DNA from: a virus
Lineage: Duplodnaviria; Caudoviricetes
IMG/VR virus record: IMGVR_UViG_3300020042_003425
Coordinates: 1-32,988 of that record
Reading direction: 5' to 3' (one strand)
DNA: 32,988 nucleotides
Under the pieces are notes generated by a model that was given only the letters and a program-made list of their open reading frames with translations, did not search any database and was not told the DNA's origin. Below, in pieces: positions 27,677-32,988 of the stretch. A program made the position numbers and the translations under genes. How positions within the stretch are numbered: position 1 is the stretch's first letter; the number at the start of each line of letters is the position of its first letter.

Positions 27677-29568
27677 AGAGCGCAAAGTTTATTGCCATTG
27701 ATACTGAAACCTTTGACCCGGAGCTGCTAGATAATGGCCCGGGCTGGGGTAGAGGTGTCGGGCACATTGTAGGTATATCGGCGGCCGTTGATGGTGAGAG
27801 CTGGTACTTTCCCATGAGGCATGAAGGCGGGGGCAACATGCCGATTGAGAATGTTCTTGCCTGGGCCGCCGATAATATCTCTGACACCCCTGGTGTACCA
27901 AAGATATTTGCTAACGCTCAGTATGATATTGGCTGGCTAAAACAGGAGGGCATCCCTGTCTCTGGCCGCGTACACGATGTGCAGCTGGCTGAGCCGTTAC
28001 TGAATGAGCACAGCTTTAGCTACTCTTTGGACTCGATTGCCAACAAGTACCTGGGCAAAGGCAAGATCCAAGATGACATGTACGACAAGCTCAAGGCACA
28101 ATTTGGTGGACCCAAGGGGCGTAAGCAGGCCGGCAATATTTGGCGGGCGCACGCTGACTTGGTGACAGAGTACGCCAAGGCTGACGCGTCATTACTGATT
28201 GAGATACTGCCTAAGCAGCTGGCGCTGTTAAAAGAGCAGGAGCTTATGAGTGTCTATGATCTAGAGTGTGAGCTGGTGCACCTGCTGATTGATATGCGCA
28301 TGCGGGGCGTTCGTGTTGATGTTGAGAAGGCCGAGCGCGTGTACAAAGATTTTAGTAACCAGGTGGATCAGATGCAGCGTGAGCTTGGTGACGTTGAGAT
28401 TGCACGGGCGTCATCTATCGCGGCGTACTGTGACAAGAAGGGAATTAAATACGGCACCACCGCTACAGGGAAGCCACAGTTTGTTGGATCCTGGCTGCGT
28501 GAGCATATCCCTCAGATCGCTGATATTCGTCGCCTGACGAAGGCCAAGGATACTTTTATCAAGGGTTATATTTTAGACAAGCACATTGGTGGGCGCGTTC
28601 ATGGGCAGTTTAATCAGCTACGGTCTGATGACTATGGTACGGTCTCTGGGCGATTAAGCGCCAGCGGACCTAACCTACAGAATATTCCGTCACGCGATGA
28701 GGAGATTGGGCCGCTAGTGAGGTCAATGTTTTTGCCGGACGAGGGTGAGATTATTTGCAGCCAGGATTGGTCGCAGATTGAGTTTCGGATGTTTGTACAC
28801 TACGCAAAGGACCAAGATTTAATAAACGCTTACTCAATAGAGGGCACTGACTTTCACAGTGTGGTGGCTGAGCTATTCGGGAATATGATACCACGTAAGA
28901 TTATTAAAAACTTTAACTTTATGCTGCTGTATGGTGGTGGTGTGAATAAATTGGCCGTGATGTTGGCGGATAACTTAACGCTGGATGAGGCTAACACGCT
29001 GCTAGATAAGCTGATGAATGACATGCCTGAGATTGGAATTAATCCACAGGATGATCTGTACTTACGCCTGGCTAAGGTATTGTTTGAGGCCTACAAGATT
29101 AAGTTTCCGGCAGCAAAGCGGTTGGCGGATCTTTCGTCACGTACGGCTAACGAGCGAGGCTTTGTGAAGACACTACTGGGCCGTCGTGCTAGGTTTGATC
29201 TGTGGGTGCCGAGTAAGTGGAGCAGCGAGGCAAAGACGCCGCTGCCTTACGATGAGGCGGTAATTGCTTATGGTCACGGTGTATCCCGATCAGGGACACA
29301 CAAGACGCTAAACAGCATCCTCCAAGGATCGGCGGCGGATGTTATGAAGACGGCGATGGTAAAGATGGTACGAGCCGGTGTGACTGACGTGCTTGGGCCG
29401 CCACTATTGACGGTGCACGATGAGCTAGTGTGGTCAGCGCCTGACACTAAGGAGGCAAAAGAGGCCCTGGATCAGGCTAAGTGGATTATGTGTAATTGTA
29501 TGCCAAACCTACGTGTGCCACTAATGGTAGACGATGAGCGCGGCACTAACTGGGGGAACGTTAAATGA
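27658..29568 (+). CDS. Family A DNA polymerase with 3'-5' exonuclease and no 5'-3' exonuclease
   Basis: Exo DTET, NAQYD, YAKAD; SGRLS...PNLQNIP; motif A DWSQIEFR; motif B RKIIKNFNFMLLYG; motif C VHDEL. Confidence 0.95.
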   Translation: MGFPNLKSAKFIAIDTETFDPELLDNGPGWGRGVGHIVGISAAVDGESWYFPMRHEGGGNMPIENVLAWAADNISDTPGVPKIFANAQYDIGWLKQEGIPVSGRVHDVQLAEPLLNEHSFSYSLDSIANKYLGKGKIQDDMYDKLKAQFGGPKGRKQAGNIWRAHADLVTEYAKADASLLIEILPKQLALLKEQELMSVYDLECELVHLLIDMRMRGVRVDVEKAERVYKDFSNQVDQMQRELGDVEIARASSIAAYCDKKGIKYGTTATGKPQFVGSWLREHIPQIADIRRLTKAKDTFIKGYILDKHIGGRVHGQFNQLRSDDYGTVSGRLSASGPNLQNIPSRDEEIGPLVRSMFLPDEGEIICSQDWSQIEFRMFVHYAKDQDLINAYSIEGTDFHSVVAELFGNMIPRKIIKNFNFMLLYGGGVNKLAVMLADNLTLDEANTLLDKLMNDMPEIGINPQDDLYLRLAKVLFEAYKIKFPAAKRLADLSSRTANERGFVKTLLGRRARFDLWVPSKWSSEAKTPLPYDEAVIAYGHGVSRSGTHKTLNSILQGSAADVMKTAMVKMVRAGVTDVLGPPLLTVHDELVWSAPDTKEAKEALDQAKWIMCNCMPNLRVPLMVDDERGTNWGNVK

Positions 29569-29780
29569 CTTTTAAAGACACAGAGCGCAGTTTTCATTTT
29601 GAGACGGCGATTAGTTTTACTAGGTTTAAACCTAAAATGATGGAGGCAGTCAAGATGGTGGTGCTGCACGATTTTACTTACGCAGCCGCTGGCCGCAAGT
29701 ATGAAATATCACGGCAGTCTGTCCACAAGGCAGTTAAAAGCTTTTATAAGACTTGTCAACACTTGAGTATTCCTATATAA
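29565..29780 (+). CDS. Small HTH DNA-binding protein (TrfB/KorA-like)
   Basis: AVKMVVLHDFTYAAAGRKYEISRQSVHKAV HTH pattern; ATGA coupling. Confidence 0.7.
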   Translation: MTFKDTERSFHFETAISFTRFKPKMMEAVKMVVLHDFTYAAAGRKYEISRQSVHKAVKSFYKTCQHLSIPI

Positions 29781-29781
29781 T
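29753..29781 (+). promoter_or_regulatory. Sigma70-type promoter for the deacetylase cassette
   Basis: TTGTCA (29753-29758), 17 bp, TATAAT (29776-29781); TAGAAAGGA RBS before ATG 29813. Confidence 0.75.
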
Positions 29782-29812
29782 ACTTGGCTCAGAAAGTTAG
29801 AAAGGATTAGCC

Positions 29813-30757
29813 ATGACAATTAAAGTATTTTATAACGATGATTTATCTATCACCAGCAAGAGCCCGTACCCGATCCCTACGGAACGTAAGGCCGCGGCTT
29901 TTGTTAAGGCCCTAGGGTGGGACAAAGATATTATCTATCATGGCCTTGTTGAGTACTACGAGACATTTGATGTGGGCACCGAGGCGTACGTTGAGTTTAA
30001 CTTGCGCCGCGTTCATAGTAAGTACTACTTTGAGAACGCCAAACCTGGTTGGGGCCAACGCCGTAATGCGCTAGCGCACAACACTATTTTATTTAAGGCC
30101 GTCAATCACGCGCAGCTAACGCGCGGCGTTGCGTTTGCGCCAGTCTCAGGGTTTCACCACGCCGGGTACGATTACGGCTGGGGCTTCTGTACCTTTAACG
30201 GCCTGGTTGCTGCCGCGTTAGAGCTCCAGGGGAGGGTGCTCATCTTAGACGGTGATCAGCATGAGGGTGACGGCTCTATTGACATCATTGATCGTCTAGA
30301 TTTGTCTGACAGGATCCACAATCACTCTATCGAATCCTGGGACGACATCCCTGACTTCGAGGGCTACGATCACATTATCTACCAGGCCGGCGCAGACTCG
30401 CACTATTTAGACGGCGGCTACTTAAATGATGAGACCTGGGTCAAGCGTGATCAGCTTGTGTTTCAACAAGCAAAGGAGCATAATGTGCCAATTACTGTGA
30501 CCTTCGCTGGTGGATACTCGGCGCTTGGTAAGGTCGTGGACTTACACTTAAGCACGTATTGGACGGCGACAGAGGTATACTATGGACGTGAGTTTTTGGC
30601 AGAAATTAGGCGCGAGATTGCTCTCAACGGCGGAGAAAGAACCTGGGATCTTTCAGCTTCCACGCAACTTGCGCTCTACGGAGAGCTTGCCCGAGATGGT
30701 GGAGCTGGGACACGGGGAGAGTTCCATCGACACTCTGAACAAGGGCTACATCATTAA
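29813..30757 (+). CDS. Zn-dependent histone-deacetylase-family (HDAC/AcuC, class IV-like) deacetylase
   Basis: GFHHA (His pair), GFCTFN, LDGDQHEGDG (Zn ligands D and H), YQAGAD (Zn ligand D), AGGY (catalytic Tyr); the last ~58 codons overlap the next gene. Confidence 0.92.
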   Translation: MTIKVFYNDDLSITSKSPYPIPTERKAAAFVKALGWDKDIIYHGLVEYYETFDVGTEAYVEFNLRRVHSKYYFENAKPGWGQRRNALAHNTILFKAVNHAQLTRGVAFAPVSGFHHAGYDYGWGFCTFNGLVAAALELQGRVLILDGDQHEGDGSIDIIDRLDLSDRIHNHSIESWDDIPDFEGYDHIIYQAGADSHYLDGGYLNDETWVKRDQLVFQQAKEHNVPITVTFAGGYSALGKVVDLHLSTYWTATEVYYGREFLAEIRREIALNGGERTWDLSASTQLALYGELARDGGAGTRGEFHRHSEQGLHH

Positions 30758-31397
30758 CAACCGGTTTAATAATTTTAAAAAGTGGGCCGACCAACAGTGG
30801 GACCCACGTTTAATTAATAAATACGAGAACGCAATAGTAGACCTTAATTTACCTATCTCGGTGGTTGACGCAATGAACGCTAGAGGCGGCGCAGTGCCTG
30901 CCTATTTTCGCGTGTACGAAGACATTGCTAACCGTGGTGGCCACAATGTGTCAGAGGGTCTGACACCTATTAATGCAAGCCGCCGTACGTCTACAATGCT
31001 GTCTTACGGTTTACGAGACCCTGATCGACTAAAACACATTGTTATGTCACCTGACCAGGGAATTGATCCGGTGTACTTCCAAAGTATGACCCCCGAGGGT
31101 AAGATTGGTATGCTAGCCAGTCGTGAGTTAGAAAACGTACGTCAACACGCGCCGGCAGAGTTAATGATGGGCGTAGCGAGCCCGCAAGATATTCCGCTGT
31201 TTGCTAAATATGTACGCGGCACTGTTAAGCCTCAAAGCTTTACTGATCCGCGTTCCGCTATTGGTGAGTCTACCTTACGCCGTGGCGTGTTACTTGATGC
31301 GCTATCAAGTGGCAAGCAAGCCCCAGCTAGGACGCTAGAGAAATCATTTTACGCTCGGGGAGGCTTAGCACAAGCTTGTGATTACATGCACAAATAA
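30582..31397 (+). CDS. Putative GNAT-like acetyltransferase with a C-terminal YARGGLA motif shared with the virion proteins
   Basis: GAGG RBS; ISVVDAMNARGGAVPAY...IANRGG.NVSEGLTPINASRR fits the GNAT beta4-loop-alpha3-beta5-alpha4 pattern. The ORF looks solid; the function is inferred by eye. Confidence 0.55.
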   Translation: MDVSFWQKLGARLLSTAEKEPGIFQLPRNLRSTESLPEMVELGHGESSIDTLNKGYIINNRFNNFKKWADQQWDPRLINKYENAIVDLNLPISVVDAMNARGGAVPAYFRVYEDIANRGGHNVSEGLTPINASRRTSTMLSYGLRDPDRLKHIVMSPDQGIDPVYFQSMTPEGKIGMLASRELENVRQHAPAELMMGVASPQDIPLFAKYVRGTVKPQSFTDPRSAIGESTLRRGVLLDALSSGKQAPARTLEKSFYARGGLAQACDYMHK

Positions 31398-31402
31398 AAG
31401 TG

Positions 31403-31431
31403 TTGACACAATATAGTTAAGTCTGTATAAT
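31403..31431 (+). promoter_or_regulatory. Consensus sigma70 promoter, repeated promoter-leader cassette copy 2
   Basis: TTGACA (31403-31408), 17 bp, TATAAT (31426-31431); followed by TTACATGGTCGATT and TAGAAAGAGGAGAAAG. Confidence 0.88.
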
Positions 31432-31478
31432 GTTTTACATGGTCGATTGGGGCCATTTAGAAAGAGGAGAAAGTAATC

Positions 31479-31937
31479 ATGGCATATGTATCAAAAGACA
31501 AAAAAACAACGATCGCTGCGGCACTTAAAAAAGTTATTCCAGCAGGCTGGAAGTACTCACTGGCTGTTGCGCATCACAGTAAGATTACTCTAACAATTAG
31601 CGCAGCGCCGGTTGATATTGTTAGAGCTTACGTTAACTTTGTTACCGCTAAGGCCGCACTAAAGGGTGACGAGTTTGATCGTAAGAATTTATTGCAGCAC
31701 GTTTTATACGTTGAAGAACGTGGGTACATTGACGTTAACGAGTACCACCTAGACAGTCAATTTACGGGTGAGTTGTTAGAAGTATTTCAAAAAATCCGTG
31801 AGGCTTTAAACACTGATAACTTTGACAACAGCGACGTGTACACTGACTACTTCCACGTTGGGCATTACGTTGGAATTAAAGTAGGTAGATGGGACAAGCC
31901 GTTTGTTGTAACCACGCCGCTTAAAAAAGCGGCATAG
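31479..31937 (+). CDS. Phage early protein, LPD29-like (large-polyvalent-protein-associated domain)
   Basis: SLAV.HHS.I.L.I and NFDNSD..TDYFHV..Y..I..G.W motifs recalled from this family. Confidence 0.6.
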   Translation: MAYVSKDKKTTIAAALKKVIPAGWKYSLAVAHHSKITLTISAAPVDIVRAYVNFVTAKAALKGDEFDRKNLLQHVLYVEERGYIDVNEYHLDSQFTGELLEVFQKIREALNTDNFDNSDVYTDYFHVGHYVGIKVGRWDKPFVVTTPLKKAA

Positions 31938-31953
31938 AAAGGGGAGAACTATT

Positions 31954-32127
31954 ATGGGTAGAGTTAAGGCAGCCTGGACGGTTGAGCAAGAGAACGAGTT
32001 TCAAGATCCAGGCTTTGAGGATCTAATTAACGAGATTCGCGCATTCAGTCGCGAGTTAGCTGAAGATAACGACAGAGCAGAGGAGCGTGAAAATGAGCGA
32101 GCAAGACAACGTGTTTCCATTCGGTAA
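31954..32127 (+). CDS. Small charged hypothetical protein (57 aa, below the track cut-off)
   Basis: TAGAAAGGGGAG RBS; MGRVKAAW...RVSIR*. Confidence 0.6.
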   Translation: MGRVKAAWTVEQENEFQDPGFEDLINEIRAFSRELAEDNDRAEERENERARQRVSIR

Positions 32128-32281
32128 GTACGATTCTAACATTGCAGAGCTGCCTGATGAGCGCATTTTAGGTGTGTTAAACGGGCTGCAGCAAAACCTG
32201 TTACTGGTTGTGCAAAAGTTAGATATTCTTGAACACAGAATTAAGGAGCTAGAATCATGTTCTTCGGAAACTCAGAAGTAA
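32093..32281 (+). CDS. Small coiled-coil hypothetical protein (start ATG 32093)
   Basis: GAGGAG RBS. Confidence 0.6.
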   Translation: MSEQDNVFPFGKYDSNIAELPDERILGVLNGLQQNLLLVVQKLDILEHRIKELESCSSETQK

Positions 32282-32421
32282 TTACTTGTTTGTACGGCAT
32301 GGCAAAGCCTGACCCTAAAGCACAAAAAGATCACATGAAAAAAGTGGCTAAACTTGTGGCTGCAATGGGAGATAAATACTTGTTAGCCAAACCTATTGAT
32401 CGTAAAGATGCAAATTCGTAG
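32257..32421 (+). CDS. Small hypothetical protein (54 aa)
   Basis: TAAGGAG RBS; MFFGNSEV...MGDKYLLAKPIDRKDANS*. Confidence 0.6.
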   Translation: MFFGNSEVITCLYGMAKPDPKAQKDHMKKVAKLVAAMGDKYLLAKPIDRKDANS

Positions 32422-32566
32422 ACGATATAGCAAGACGCGCATGGCAGCGTTTAGACGAGATCATCTAGCACACAATGTTAGATTCTTAGCTTACGCTGCC
32501 TTTCGTGGGAGGCAGCAATACGGGCGACGCCCTGTTGTGTATCGCTGGCACTTTAAGGTATTGTAA
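32408..32566 (+). CDS. Small Arg-rich hypothetical protein (52 aa)
   Basis: Overlaps the previous stop; MQIRRRYSKTRM...WHFKVL*; no clear RBS. Confidence 0.45.
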   Translation: MQIRRRYSKTRMAAFRRDHLAHNVRFLAYAAFRGRQQYGRRPVVYRWHFKVL

Positions 32567-32621
32567 TGGATGATATGTAGGTAAAAGCTAACATTATGTC
32601 CACTATAAAGGAGAAAACAAA

Positions 32622-32948
32622 ATGGCGTACTATAAAGTACTAATTAAAGAAGAGTTTGTATACGAGGTGTTAGTCAGTGCTGATACGGCTGAAGACGCTA
32701 AAAACTTAAGCAATGAATATGAATGGGGTGAACCTATAAGTATAGAAACTCATACCTATGACGTAATAGAACTACAGGAGAAAAAAGATGAGCCTGAAGA
32801 CCCGTTGTGTAAAATATGTGGTAAAGTTCTAGGTAGCACTAAAGAATGTGCATGGACAGGATGCCCGCTTAATTGGGGCGATGAAGCCTCAGAAAAAAGG
32901 CAAGACATCATCGGGCAGAATGGTAACGTAGGATATGGGGAAGAATAG
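32622..32948 (+). CDS. Hypothetical protein with a C-terminal 4-Cys motif
   Basis: AAGGAG RBS; YKV.I.E....EV.V.A.TAEDA N-part; CxxC-x9-C-x4-C; IIGQNGN end. Confidence 0.7.
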   Translation: MAYYKVLIKEEFVYEVLVSADTAEDAKNLSNEYEWGEPISIETHTYDVIELQEKKDEPEDPLCKICGKVLGSTKECAWTGCPLNWGDEASEKRQDIIGQNGNVGYGEE

Positions 32949-32950
32949 TA

Positions 32951-32988
32951 ATGGCTGATGAAGCAGATTTAGCGCAATCGCATTTAGA
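32951..32988 (+). CDS. 5' fragment of a probable DksA/TraR C4-zinc-finger protein
   Basis: MADEADLAQ start typical of phage TraR-like proteins; only 12 codons visible. Confidence 0.5.
   Translation, partial: MADEADLAQSHL

Noticed and set aside
27196-29568. Z-genome or other modified-base system (DUF6378 plus atypical PolA)
   Set aside because: No PurZ, DatZ or other base-modification enzyme in the window; DUF6378 is common on its own.
20432-29669. Nested or antisense ORFs within the helicase, SSB, primase and polymerase genes
   Set aside because: Overlapped largely or wholly by well-supported genes, with no independent signals.
29731-29764. Antisense promoter from the minus-strand TTGACA at 29754-29759
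   Set aside because: No convincing -10 at 16-18 bp.
32495-32516. Intrinsic terminator GCTGCCT/AGGCAGC
   Set aside because: No U-tract on either side, and it lies within a plausible ORF.

Overview
A 33-kb segment of a tailed dsDNA bacteriophage with podovirus-like architecture (no tape measure, several ejection proteins). The host is probably a Proteobacterium, which is inference only. 1-18842 (+) is a late module: an AT-rich tail fibre truncated by the window edge, accessory fibre and adhesin genes, an M15 endolysin and holin, adaptor and nozzle genes, and four internal virion (ejection) proteins. The last of these is a 1266-aa multi-module protein with a lytic transglycosylase at its N-terminus. 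18826-19893 holds two small leftward genes (one an XRE HTH), divergent near-consensus sigma70 promoters and a mirror-symmetric iteron/AT-rich region that looks like the replication origin. 19894-29780 (+) is a replication module: SNF2 helicase, SSB-like protein, AEP primase, UvrD-like helicase, DUF6378, family A polymerase and an HTH protein. 29813-32988 holds accessory early genes. Three signals stand out. (1) A short [FYL]AxGG motif recurs in the internal virion proteins, and in two of them it appears as tandem doublets exactly at module junctions. (2) The same motif ends a GNAT-like protein encoded far away, overlapping and probably co-transcribed with an intact Zn-dependent HDAC-family deacetylase. 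This suggests a virion-delivered acetyltransferase with a cognate eraser. (3) Enzyme-like cargo modules (HhH-glycosylase-like, possibly SAM-lyase-like) sit between the motifs in the 1266-aa protein. All family calls come from motifs recognised by eye; no searches were run.
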